A DNA stretch of 63,110 bases, from the NCBI GenBank assembly GCA_022729995.1, contig DZBS01000001.1, positions 46,930 through 110,039 of the forward strand. The letters are read 5' to 3'. This DNA is from Draconibacterium orientale (lineage in GTDB: Bacteria > Bacteroidota > Bacteroidia > Bacteroidales > JAADGE01). Of this stretch, positions 1 through 8,980 are shown one piece after another (position 1 is the stretch's first letter; each line of letters opens with the position of its first letter). The position numbers and the translations under genes were made by a program. The notes beneath the pieces were generated by a model. It had not been told where the DNA came from. It did not search any database and was given only the letters and a program-made list of their open reading frames with translations.

Positions 1-8
1 TTATTTAT

Positions 9-1259
9 TTATTCATATCTAAGTGCCGTAATAGGATCTAATTTTGATGCTTTTACTGCCGGAATATATCCTGCTAAAAGCCCTACAATAAAACAAATTA
101 ATACTCCGAGCAAAATCCATAACCACGGAATTATAAAATCACTTCCAATAGCTGTAGAAACAAGATTCCCGATTAATATTCCAAGAATTATTCCTAAAAC
201 TCCGCCAATTTGTCCAATAAATACCGATTCGAAAAGAAATTGTTGTTTTATTAATTTTGAAGTTGCTCCAAGAGCTTTTCTTGTTCCAATTTCTCTGGTT
301 CTTTCGGTAACGGAAACCAGCATTATATTCATCAAACCAATTGCCGCACCCATAAGTGTAATTAATCCTATAACCATTGCTGCATAAGTTACATAGCTTA
401 TATTTTCTAAAAGCATATTTGCTAAATTATCGCTTTTTGTAATTGTGAAATCTGAATTTTCTTTTGCATTAAGTTTTCTTATTTTTCTGAAAACACCTTC
501 GGCTTCGCCTGTTGCTATTTCTAAAGTAACATTTGTTGAAGGTAATACATTTATAAGAAATGAAGCATCGGGTCTCGGAAAATTTTGACGAGCATTTGCA
601 ACTGTAACCATCAATATTTTATCATCGCTAAATCCCATACTCGAACCTTTGGATTTTAATACTCCGATAATACGATACCATTTTCCGTTTGCAGAAATTA
701 TTTTTCCTAAAGGATCGGTTTTTTTAAATAATGTTGATGCAAGTTCGCTTCCGATTATTGCGTTGTTACTAACCGAAAATGCTTCTTTTTCGGTAAAATT
801 CCTTCCTTTATCAATTTCAAATCCGGAAGTATAAATAAAATTTTCGTCGATACCGGAAACAGGAATATTTGGATTTGTTTTTTCAGATTTGTATTTTATA
901 GTTGCATTTCCTGTAGACCTTATTGAAACAGAAACTGTTGCCGGAAAATTAAAATCTTTTTTAAAATCTTTAGCTTGATTATATGTTATTCTGACATTTT
1001 TATCTTGGTTGTTGTTTCTGTGTCCGCCTCTTCTCACATTAAAATCATTACTCGTTATACTGAATGTATTTGCACCCATTCGTGTAAATTCGCTTGTAAT
1101 GCTCGATTTTATTGCTTCTGTGGCAGTAATTATTCCTGTTAGAGCCATAATCCCTACTGCAATAATTAATACGGTAAGAACTGTCCGTAAAATATTTGAA
1201 CGAATCGAATAAATTGCAATCTTAAAGTTCTCAATAAATAAACTATCTTTCATTTTCAT
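9..1259 (-). CDS. ABC transporter permease, FtsX/MacB-like
   Basis: 416-aa ORF. It has an N-terminal TM helix ([21 protein letters not shown]), a large extracytoplasmic domain and a C-terminal multi-TM FtsX-type region ([12 protein letters not shown] motif). Confidence 0.8.
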   Translation of the reverse strand: MKMKDSLFIENFKIAIYSIRSNILRTVLTVLIIAVGIMALTGIITATEAIKSSITSEFTRMGANTFSITSNDFNVRRGGHRNNNQDKNVRITYNQAKDFKKDFNFPATVSVSIRSTGNATIKYKSEKTNPNIPVSGIDENFIYTSGFEIDKGRNFTEKEAFSVSNNAIIGSELASTLFKKTDPLGKIISANGKWYRIIGVLKSKGSSMGFSDDKILMVTVANARQNFPRPDASFLINVLPSTNVTLEIATGEAEGVFRKIRKLNAKENSDFTITKSDNLANMLLENISYVTYAAMVIGLITLMGAAIGLMNIMLVSVTERTREIGTRKALGATSKLIKQQFLFESVFIGQIGGVLGIILGILIGNLVSTAIGSDFIIPWLWILLGVLICFIVGLLAGYIPAVKASKLDPITALRYE

Positions 1260-1280
1260 ATTCTACGGACAATTAATAAT

Positions 1281-2027
1281 TTAGTTTCTTCCCGAAAGTA
1301 AAGCTACAAGCCTTAACATTTCAAAGTATAACCACACAAGAGTAATCATAATTCCAAAACCCGAATACCATTCCATAAATTTTGGCATTCCTTGTTCTGC
1401 ACCTTTTTCAACACTGTCAAAGTCAAGAATTAAATTCATTGATGCTACTCCAACAATTACAAGTTGAATTAAAACTCCTACAATTCCTAAGTTGAATAAT
1501 GAAATTCCTCCTCCGAAAAGAGAAAAAATCATATTCAAAATATAAAAAAAGAAAACTCCGCCTGTGGCAATTATTACACCTTTTTTAAATTTTGGAGTAG
1601 CTTTTAATACACCGGTTTTGTATAAAACCAGCATTAAAAATAAAACCGATAATGTTAATCCTACAGCCGTGAAAACAATTCCGTCATAAAATTTAGCATA
1701 CATTGCAGAAACTGCACCAACCAAAACACCTTCAACCAAAGCATAAGCAGGAGCAGTATATGGAGCCCATTGAGGTTTGAAAATTGTAGCAAAAGCCAAT
1801 ACAAGTCCTCCAATTACACTAAAGATTAATAAACTTGAAGATGCAGTTCCGGAAACAACTGTATTCCATGACAATACACTCGATGCAATTAATAATGCAA
1901 AAAGAATAAACGTTTTATTTAATGCTCCGTTAACGGTCATAACTTCTGCGGAATCAGTTGCAGTAAAATCTACACTTGCAAATCTTTTTTGACTCAACGC
2001 AGGATTTGTTGATCTTCCTATTCTCAT
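1281..2027 (-). CDS. Bax inhibitor-1/YccA family integral membrane protein
   Basis: 248-aa ORF with about 7 predicted TM helices. The N-terminus (SNPALS...) and overall layout are typical of the BI-1/YccA family. Confidence 0.7.
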   Translation of the reverse strand: MRIGRSTNPALSQKRFASVDFTATDSAEVMTVNGALNKTFILFALLIASSVLSWNTVVSGTASSSLLIFSVIGGLVLAFATIFKPQWAPYTAPAYALVEGVLVGAVSAMYAKFYDGIVFTAVGLTLSVLFLMLVLYKTGVLKATPKFKKGVIIATGGVFFFYILNMIFSLFGGGISLFNLGIVGVLIQLVIVGVASMNLILDFDSVEKGAEQGMPKFMEWYSGFGIMITLVWLYFEMLRLVALLSGRN

Positions 2028-2289
2028 TTATTTTAAAAATTTAATTAACAAAATTGCAAAAAAATATCTGTTTATAAAAATAGAAAAAATCGTGCCCCAA
2101 CAAAATTTATGACTATTTGTCATTTTTTTGAAAAATATTCATAAATTATAATATTTTTGTAGAAGAAAATAATTAGATTAGTCTGAAATTTTTCAGGCAT
2201 TAAATTTGCACATATAAAAAATATACAAAATTTGAATAATATTTCGTTAGTATATTATTAACTCGCTTAAATCGAAATATTGAAAAAAA

Positions 2290-3198
2290 ATGATTATGAA
2301 AAACACTCAAATTTTCAAAACTTTATTAATTGCTACTTTATCAACACTATATGCAGTTACATTAATTGCACAACCAAATAAAATGATTTTTGTTGAAGGC
2401 GGAACATTTATGATGGGAAACCCGAGAACAACCGGTGAATATAAAGGAGATACAGATGAAAAACCTGTTCATAAAGTTACTGTCGGCACATTTTATATTT
2501 GCGAAAATGAAGTAACTGTTAAACAATATAAAGAATATTGTACCGCAACAGGCGTAAAAATGCCTTCTGAACCCGATGAAGAATGGTTAGACTCGCATTT
2601 GGATACAAAAAAACTATACGCTTCTTCCGGAAAAAAATGGTGGGGTTGGAACGATTTATTTCCAATTCATAACGTTAACTGGTTTTCTGCTGTAGAGTAT
2701 TGCAATTGGTTAAGTCACAAAGAAAATTTAGAAAAATGTTACACTAAAAATGCCGACGGCGGTTGGGAACTTGACAGAACAAAAAACGGCTATCGTTTAC
2801 CAACAGAAGCAGAATGGGAGTTTGCTGCAAGAGGAGGGAAAAAAAGTATGAATTATATTTTTAGCGGAAGCAATAGTTTAAATGAAGTTGCTTGGTATGA
2901 TGAAACATCATTATTGTCCGGACCTCAAAAAATTAAAACCAAAAAACCTAATGAATTAGGAATATATGATATGAGCGGTAATGTTTGGGAATGGTGTTCG
3001 GATTATTATAAAGCCGATTATTATTCCGGTTCACCTGAAAAAGACCCTTTTTTCTCTGTATCAATGTCATATAGAGTTATAAGAGGCGGTTCGTGGCATT
3101 ATTCGGGTGATTTAGCAACTACCACCGGAAGAGACGGTCCGGAACCTGCTTATACAAATTTTAATTATGGATTTAGATTAGTAAGGTCAAAAATTTAA
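2290..3198 (+). CDS. Secreted FGE-sulfatase (SUMF1/formylglycine-generating enzyme-like) domain protein
   Basis: Signal peptide followed by FVEGGTFMMG, PVHKVTV, NVNWFSAVEYCNWLS, YRLPTEAEWEFAARGG, YDMSGNVWEWCSDYY and RGGSW motifs. Confidence 0.8.
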   Translation: MIMKNTQIFKTLLIATLSTLYAVTLIAQPNKMIFVEGGTFMMGNPRTTGEYKGDTDEKPVHKVTVGTFYICENEVTVKQYKEYCTATGVKMPSEPDEEWLDSHLDTKKLYASSGKKWWGWNDLFPIHNVNWFSAVEYCNWLSHKENLEKCYTKNADGGWELDRTKNGYRLPTEAEWEFAARGGKKSMNYIFSGSNSLNEVAWYDETSLLSGPQKIKTKKPNELGIYDMSGNVWEWCSDYYKADYYSGSPEKDPFFSVSMSYRVIRGGSWHYSGDLATTTGRDGPEPAYTNFNYGFRLVRSKI

Positions 3199-3213
3199 AA
3201 AAATAATGTGCCG

Positions 3214-3326
3214 ATAAAAACATCTGTGTATATTTTTCGACACATTATGAATTAAATATTTAGGATGTTTCTATACCGAGAAATCGGGAAAAGTTCTGAC
3301 TATTGAAAATTAAAAAATATAAACAC
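3214..3326 (+). repeat. Degenerate copy A of the micro-ORF/hairpin element
   Basis: Collinear with 3327-3404 but ATG is replaced by ATA and there is a +1 frame break. A 21-nt insertion contains the hairpin CCGA-GAAA-UCGG. The copy ends with the same 31-nt tail (attgaaaattaaaaaatataaacacatgaaa, 3302-3332) that recurs at 3393-3423. Confidence 0.6.
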
Positions 3327-3404
3327 ATGAAACATCCATGTAAGTTTCACGACACACAAACGAATGATTATTCAGGATGTTCCTATTTGACCATTGAAAA
3401 TTAA
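3327..3404 (+). CDS. Candidate 25-aa micro-ORF MKHPCKFHDTQTNDYSGCSYLTIEN (alternative reading: conserved RNA hairpin)
   Basis: Intact ATG..TAA that ends 13 nt before the ATG of the next gene. A homologous intact copy lies at 15454-15534, and differences in the conserved blocks are synonymous. This ORF is below the size cutoff of the ORF track. Confidence 0.3.
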   Translation: MKHPCKFHDTQTNDYSGCSYLTIEN

Positions 3405-3417
3405 AAAATATAAACAC

Positions 3418-4206
3418 ATGAAAATAATGTCAAAAATTACCGGTTTTATACTTCTATTTACAATATTTTTTAGTAAAGTGACGGCTCAAACAGAGCCTCA
3501 AATGGTGTTTGTAAAAGGAGGAACTTTTATGATGGGAAGTGAAAAAGGCGACAGCGATGAAACTCCTGTTCATAAAGTAACTCTTAGCAATTATTATATT
3601 AGTATTTATGAAATTACAGTTGCCCAGTATAATGAATATTGCAAAGCCACCGGAAAAGGACTTCCCGCATTTCCTTCCGAAGAATGGTATCAAGAGCATG
3701 ACAAAGCCAAAAAATGGGAGTGGAAAGACAATAACCCGATAACATACCTAACTTGGAAAGATGCATCAGACTATTGCGTTTGGCTTTCTAAATCAACAGG
3801 TAAAAATTATTCGCTTCCCACAGAATCACAATGGGAATTTTCAGCCAGAGGCGGAACACTGTCGAAAAATTTTAAATTTAGCGGAAGCGACAATATTAAT
3901 GAAGTTTCATGGTATGACGAAACAACTTACGAAAGAGGTCCAATGCCTGTGGGACGTTTAAAACCCAACGAGTTAGGAATTTATGACATGAGCGGAAATG
4001 CTTGGGAATGGTGTTCGGATTATTATGCAAAATATAAAGCAGGTGTTTTCAAAGACCCAATTGGTGCACCAAAAGGTTTATACAAAGTTGTTAGAGGCGG
4101 TTCGTGGTATTATGTTGATAAAATGTGCTCTGTTACTTCCAGAGACGGACCATACTCAAATTACACAAATTATAATTATGGTTTTAGGGTTGTAATTAAT
4201 CCGTAA
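3418..4206 (+). CDS. Secreted FGE-sulfatase (SUMF1-like) domain protein, tandem paralogue of 2290..3198
   Basis: Same motif set as the upstream paralogue (FVKGGTFMMG, PVHKVTL, YSLPTESQWEFSARGG, YDMSGNAWEWCSDYY, RGGSW). The start is moved from the track's TTG 3394 to ATG 3418 (MKIMSKITGF...), because 3394-3417 belongs to the repeated element tail. Confidence 0.8.
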   Translation: MKIMSKITGFILLFTIFFSKVTAQTEPQMVFVKGGTFMMGSEKGDSDETPVHKVTLSNYYISIYEITVAQYNEYCKATGKGLPAFPSEEWYQEHDKAKKWEWKDNNPITYLTWKDASDYCVWLSKSTGKNYSLPTESQWEFSARGGTLSKNFKFSGSDNINEVSWYDETTYERGPMPVGRLKPNELGIYDMSGNAWEWCSDYYAKYKAGVFKDPIGAPKGLYKVVRGGSWYYVDKMCSVTSRDGPYSNYTNYNYGFRVVINP

Positions 4207-4218
4207 AAAAAATAATTT

Positions 4219-4249
4219 AAAGCGATTTTTTTTTAAATCGCTTTTTTTA
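4219..4249 (+). terminator. Rho-independent terminator
   Basis: The 8-bp stem aaagcgat/atcgcttt is followed by a T-run, 13 nt after the stop codon. Confidence 0.6.
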
Positions 4250-4416
4250 TTTCAATTTATCAAATTTTTTATTTTAAAAATATAACTATTTGATTTAATT
4301 GGGTTTAAGCTCAATTTAGATTTTGTTTCAATTTTGAAAAAAAATGAATTTCAAAATTTTAATTGATTGTTTCTTTTTTAATAAGCAATTTGAGTTTAAT
4401 TTTGTAAAAAAAAATT

Positions 4417-4908
4417 ATGAATTCTTTTCAAAAAATAAAATTATACATCTCAATATTTTTGTTTATTCCGATATTGTTTAACTCTTGTAAAAACGATGCC
4501 GAAGAAAATGAATTGAGCATTTTATTGGCTTATCTTTCCGAAAACAATATATTAACAGAACCAACTTCATCAGGATTATATTACATTGAATCCGGATTTT
4601 CAACACCCGAATCAATAAATGCCTTAAAACCTGTTTCGGGCGACACGGTTGTTGTAGTTGTAAAAGGCTATCTTCTTACTTCTCCGGAAAATGTGTTTGT
4701 AGAAAAAACATATTTGGAACCCGAAAAATACGTATACAAAAAAGATGATGTTATTAAAGGCTGGGAAGAAGCTATCGGTTATATGCGAAAAGGAGTTTAT
4801 GCAAAAATTATTGTTCCTTCAAATCTTGCATACGGAAAAGATAAAGTAGGATTAATTCCTCCTTATTCAACACTTATTTTCGAAATAAGAGTTTTAGATA
4901 TAAAATAA
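4417..4908 (+). CDS. FKBP-type peptidyl-prolyl cis-trans isomerase, probable lipoprotein
   Basis: Signal peptide with Cys (FNSCKN). C-terminal FKBP signature VIKGWEEAIGYMRKG...IVPSNLAYG...IPPYSTLIFEIRVLDI. Confidence 0.8.
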   Translation: MNSFQKIKLYISIFLFIPILFNSCKNDAEENELSILLAYLSENNILTEPTSSGLYYIESGFSTPESINALKPVSGDTVVVVVKGYLLTSPENVFVEKTYLEPEKYVYKKDDVIKGWEEAIGYMRKGVYAKIIVPSNLAYGKDKVGLIPPYSTLIFEIRVLDIK

Positions 4909-5510
4909 TGCAAGCTTTTATTTCTCTTATTTCAAATTGGTTTTTCTCAAATTACATTGAACTGTTTGCCACAATTTCAGGTTTGCTGTATATATATTTT
5001 TCGGTGAAGCAAAATGTTTTGTTATGGTTTTTTGGAATTATTACATCTGCACTTTATATTTTTGTGTACTACAACTCAAAATTTTATGCAGATATGTCGC
5101 TTCAGTTTTACTATCTGGCAATAAGTTTCTACGGTTGGTATTTTTGGGTCTTTTATAAAAATAAAGAAGAAAAAGAATTTCCGGTTTCAAAAACAAATTT
5201 TAAAGAAGCATTTATATATATAACAATAACAATTTTACTTTTTGCAATTTACAGTGTAATACTTTTACAAACAGATTCAAATATTGTATATTGGGATTCA
5301 TTCACTACAGCTGCCGGAATTACGGCAACTTGGATGCTGGTGAAAAAGAAAATTGAACAATGGATTATTTGGATAATTGTTGATATTGTTTCAATTGTTT
5401 TATATTTAAATAAAGAATTGTATTTAACTGTTATATTGTTTATTGTATATACAATTCTTGCTTTTGTAGGTTATTTTGCTTGGAAAAAAAATTTGGCTGT
5501 TAAAGTATAA
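4908..5510 (+). CDS. pnuC: Nicotinamide riboside transporter PnuC
   Basis: 200-aa multi-TM protein with the PnuC-like W/Y-rich pattern (LYIYFSVKQNVLLWFFGII...FYGWYFW). Its start overlaps the FKBP stop (TAATG). Confidence 0.75.
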   Translation: MQAFISLISNWFFSNYIELFATISGLLYIYFSVKQNVLLWFFGIITSALYIFVYYNSKFYADMSLQFYYLAISFYGWYFWVFYKNKEEKEFPVSKTNFKEAFIYITITILLFAIYSVILLQTDSNIVYWDSFTTAAGITATWMLVKKKIEQWIIWIIVDIVSIVLYLNKELYLTVILFIVYTILAFVGYFAWKKNLAVKV

Positions 5511-5515
5511 TTATT

Positions 5516-6025
5516 TTGAAAAAAATTGTAATTACAGGACCCGAGTCTACCGGAAAATCGGATTTGTCAAAATATTTGGCAAATTATTACAATACTTTTT
5601 TTATTCCTGAATTTGCACGAAAATATATTGAGAATTTAAACAGAAAATATACTTTTAACGATGTTGTTGAAATTGCAAAACAACAAATTATAGATTTTAA
5701 AAAGGAATATTCCGAAGAAAATAAATATATTTTTTTTGATACCGGATTAATAATAACAAAGATTTGGTTTGAAGAAGTTTACGGTAAAATTCCTTCTTTT
5801 TTGGAAGAAGCACTTTTGCAAATCAAAGTAGATTTATACCTTATTTGTTATCCGGATATTGAATGGAAATATGACAAAGTTAGAGAAAACGGAGGCGAAA
5901 AAAGAAATTATCTGTTTAAAAAATATTTGCAAGAAATTGAAAATCAAAATGTAAACTATAAAATTGTAAAAGGCGTTGGACTCGAAAGATACCAAAATGC
6001 CATTGATGCAATATTATCGGCATAA
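5516..6025 (+). CDS. NadR-type ribosylnicotinamide kinase-like ATPase
   Basis: TTG start and Walker A motif GPESTGKS. The size and the context next to pnuC match the RNK domain of NadR. Confidence 0.65.
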   Translation: MKKIVITGPESTGKSDLSKYLANYYNTFFIPEFARKYIENLNRKYTFNDVVEIAKQQIIDFKKEYSEENKYIFFDTGLIITKIWFEEVYGKIPSFLEEALLQIKVDLYLICYPDIEWKYDKVRENGGEKRNYLFKKYLQEIENQNVNYKIVKGVGLERYQNAIDAILSA

Positions 6026-6101
6026 GGTTTGCATAATTATAATGAAACAACATAGTTTTGCGTTATAAAATAAATTTAAAAATTGAAAATTATACAGACT
6101 C

Positions 6102-6692
6102 ATGAAAAATCAAACTAAATTATTCTTTTTAACTTTAATAATAGTTATATCTTCGGTATTCGTTCCCTCTCGCTCATTTAGTCAGGAAGTTACGGGAAAT
6201 GAGAATCTTAGTAATGAAAAAATTGTTTATTGGTTTTATATCAATTTAAAAATTCTGACCGACAGAGAAACCAAAATGCAAAAGTATGATATTAGAAGAT
6301 TAGGCGATCAAATAAGTGCAGGAACAGTAAAGGAATATGATATAAAATTATGGGAAAGCCTAAGCAACGGAAGTAAAATTCCTATCGGACCTTTTTATAA
6401 TTATACTGAAGCAAACCAAGCAAAAAAATTCTATAATATTGGAGTTGAAGAAAAACAAGACTCACTTTTTAGTGCCGATAAAGAAATATTTTGGTTTATT
6501 TTGCGTGTTGCCAGAAGAGAAAGATCTAATTCATATCAGTTAATAAGAATTCCGGGAGCTGTTGCATCAGGACTTCCTTCAGATTTTGAAAATTTCTTGG
6601 AAGTAAACTTAACGTCTTTAGCTTTAACTATTGGTCCTTTTTGGGATAAACCCGAAGCCGAAGAAGCAAAAAGAAGATACAGATTGCATTAA
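6102..6692 (+). CDS. Secreted hypothetical protein with internal two-fold duplication
   Basis: Signal peptide. Two units of about 80 aa end in IGPFYNYTEANQAKKFY and IGPFWDKPEAEEAKRRY. Confidence 0.6.
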   Translation: MKNQTKLFFLTLIIVISSVFVPSRSFSQEVTGNENLSNEKIVYWFYINLKILTDRETKMQKYDIRRLGDQISAGTVKEYDIKLWESLSNGSKIPIGPFYNYTEANQAKKFYNIGVEEKQDSLFSADKEIFWFILRVARRERSNSYQLIRIPGAVASGLPSDFENFLEVNLTSLALTIGPFWDKPEAEEAKRRYRLH

Positions 6693-6704
6693 TATTTTCT
6701 AAAT

Positions 6705-6741
6705 TTAAAAAAAACCGGATTTTTAAAGTTCGGTTTTTTTT
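6705..6741. terminator. Bidirectional terminator between convergent genes
   Basis: A-run, then stem aaaaccgga/ttcggtttt, then T-run. Confidence 0.55.
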
Positions 6742-6751
6742 ATTTAGAAAA

Positions 6752-7378
6752 TTACAAAGTTCCGTTTTCAATTTTCACAACAATTTCTTCAATCCAAACA
6801 TCTTCGCCGGCAGGGTCATATTCATATTTCAAATTTGTGCTAAAAATTCGGGCTACCGATTGCCAAAATATTGCACTTACTCCGCCTTTAAAATGTTCTA
6901 CTAATTCATAAGTAGTGTGTGTTGTTTCTCTGTCAACAAGCTTAATAAGAATTCGTCCTTGAGTGAAAGTCATATCGCGAATGTCGTCTTCAAACTCTTT
7001 TTTTAATTCCTTTTCTTTTATTTTGATATATTTTGTTTTTTCCCTTTCATTGTCCATATTTCGCAATACAAACTCCGATTCGTTAAAAATATTTTTTATT
7101 ATCAGAGAATAAGGATATACTTTTTTGATATTTCTTTCCATTTTGTTATATCGTTTTTTCTCTTTATCGTTTTTAAACTCTCTTTCGGAAAAAATAATTA
7201 TGGGTTTTACTTTTACTGTATAAATTTCTTCGCCGTTTTCATAAGAACCGTATACAATCATACCTTTACCGTCTTTAATCATATTATACATTTCTTGCCC
7301 GCTAAATTCTTTTGTTTGTGATTTAGAAGCCAATGTAAACGTGAACATTACAATAAATATGACCAATAACTTTTTCAT
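6752..7378 (-). CDS. DUF4294-like secreted protein
   Basis: Signal peptide. Conserved-looking segments KKVYPYS and TFTQGRILIKLVDRETTHTTYELV...FWQSVARIF match my recollection of DUF4294. Not verified. Confidence 0.5.
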   Translation of the reverse strand: MKKLLVIFIVMFTFTLASKSQTKEFSGQEMYNMIKDGKGMIVYGSYENGEEIYTVKVKPIIIFSEREFKNDKEKKRYNKMERNIKKVYPYSLIIKNIFNESEFVLRNMDNEREKTKYIKIKEKELKKEFEDDIRDMTFTQGRILIKLVDRETTHTTYELVEHFKGGVSAIFWQSVARIFSTNLKYEYDPAGEDVWIEEIVVKIENGTL

Positions 7379-7464
7379 TTTTTATTTAATTTATTTATTG
7401 TTTTTTGAAATATTTTATTTCAGAAGGAAACTTAATATTCTAACGTACAAAATTACTAAAAATT

Positions 7465-8958
7465 TTATTTATGAATTCTATTTTTTCTCCAATTTGATTC
7501 TTGTTTTTCTATTATTTTTTCTGAAAAAACATACTTTGAGTTGTTATTTAACAATGCGAATGCTGAAAATATTGCTGCAAGTTCTTCTTCCGGAGTTTCT
7601 TTAAAAATTTGTCCGGTATAATTTTTCTTTACAAAATTAGTATCATAATTTCCGCTGACAAAATCATTGTGTTGCATCACAATTTTTCCGAACTGCAATG
7701 TTGTTTTTACTCCCGATATTTTATATTCGTCAATTGCTCTTATCATTCTCGAAATAGCTTCATTTCTGTCTTTGCCGTGAGTTATTAATTTTGAAATCAT
7801 AGGGTCGTAATAAACCGGAATGTCCATTCCTTCTTCAAATCCGTCGTCAACTCTAACTCCGGCACCTTCGGGTTTTCTGTATATTTTTAATTTTCCGATA
7901 TCCGGAACAAAATTATTTTCGGTATCTTCGGCATAAACTCTTAATTCAATGGCGTGTCCCAATATTTTTAAATCTTCTTGTTTGAAACTTATTTCTTTTC
8001 CTTCGGCAATTTTTATTTGTTCTTTCACAAGGTCGGTTCCGGAAATTAGTTCCGTAACCGGATGTTCTACTTGCAATCGCGTGTTCATCTCTAAAAAGTA
8101 ATAATTCATTTTTTCGTCAAGAAGAAATTCTACCGTTCCGGCTCCCAAATAATCGCAAGCTTTTGCAACTTTAACGGCATCTTTTCCCATTCTTTCTCTT
8201 AATTCCGGAGTTAAAACCGACGAAGGTGCTTCTTCAATAACTTTTTGATGTCTTCTCTGTACAGAGCATTCTCTTTCAAAAAGATAAAGCGTGTTTCCGT
8301 GCGAGTCTGCAAGAATTTGAATTTCAATATGTCTGGGTGATGTAACATAACGTTCCATAAAAACAGAACCGTCGCCAAATGCCGATAAAGCTTCACTTAC
8401 GGCAAGTTTTATTTGTTCGTAAAAATCTTCTTCTTTTTCAACAATTCTCATTCCTTTTCCGCCGCCGCCTGCAGCAGCTTTAATCAGAATCGGATATCCG
8501 ATTTCTTTTGCAATCATTATTGCTTCGGAAATATCACGCACCGGCGAATCGGTTCCGGGAACCATGGGAATATTATATTTTTTAACGGCTGCTTTGGCTT
8601 CCAATTTATTTCCCATAACTTTTATGGCTTCTGGTTTGGGTCCTATAAAAATTATTCCGGAATCGGTAACTTTCTTTGCAAATTCTGCATTTTCCGATAA
8701 AAAACCGTAGCCCGGATGAATTGCGTCAACATTTAGTTTTTTGCAAATTTCAATTATCTTATCGCCCAAAAGATATGATTGATTTGACGGCGGAGGTCCA
8801 ATGTTTACGGCTTCGTCGGCATATTTAACGTAAGGCATTGTTCTGTCGGCATCGGAAAATATTGCTACGGTTTTTATTCCCATTTCTTTGGCCGATCGCA
8901 TTATCCTCAATGCTATTTCTCCGCGATTTGCAACCAATATCTTTTTTATTTTTCCCAT
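7465..8958 (-). CDS. accC: Biotin carboxylase (acetyl/acyl-CoA carboxylase subunit)
   Basis: MGKIKKILVANRGEIALRIMR, the ATP-grasp glycine loop AAAGGGGKGMR, and EMNTRLQVEHPVTE. The protein is 497 aa with a C-terminal extension. No accB or carboxyltransferase gene is adjacent. Confidence 0.9.
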   Translation of the reverse strand: MGKIKKILVANRGEIALRIMRSAKEMGIKTVAIFSDADRTMPYVKYADEAVNIGPPPSNQSYLLGDKIIEICKKLNVDAIHPGYGFLSENAEFAKKVTDSGIIFIGPKPEAIKVMGNKLEAKAAVKKYNIPMVPGTDSPVRDISEAIMIAKEIGYPILIKAAAGGGGKGMRIVEKEEDFYEQIKLAVSEALSAFGDGSVFMERYVTSPRHIEIQILADSHGNTLYLFERECSVQRRHQKVIEEAPSSVLTPELRERMGKDAVKVAKACDYLGAGTVEFLLDEKMNYYFLEMNTRLQVEHPVTELISGTDLVKEQIKIAEGKEISFKQEDLKILGHAIELRVYAEDTENNFVPDIGKLKIYRKPEGAGVRVDDGFEEGMDIPVYYDPMISKLITHGKDRNEAISRMIRAIDEYKISGVKTTLQFGKIVMQHNDFVSGNYDTNFVKKNYTGQIFKETPEEELAAIFSAFALLNNNSKYVFSEKIIEKQESNWRKNRIHK

Positions 8959-8980
8959 TATTTATTTTCTGTTTTTACAA

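Noticed and set aside
3394-3417. TTG start at 3394 for the second FGE-sulfatase-like gene
   Set aside because: This segment is part of the exactly duplicated 31-nt element tail and overlaps the micro-ORF stop. ATG 3418 gives a normal signal peptide (MKIMSKITGFILLF...).
6026-6101. Possible fifth copy of the micro-ORF element upstream of 6102..6692
   Set aside because: It shares only atgaaacaacatag and ttgaaaatta-like ends. The central GGATGTTCCTAT block is absent, and the similarity is within what AT-rich leaders give by chance.
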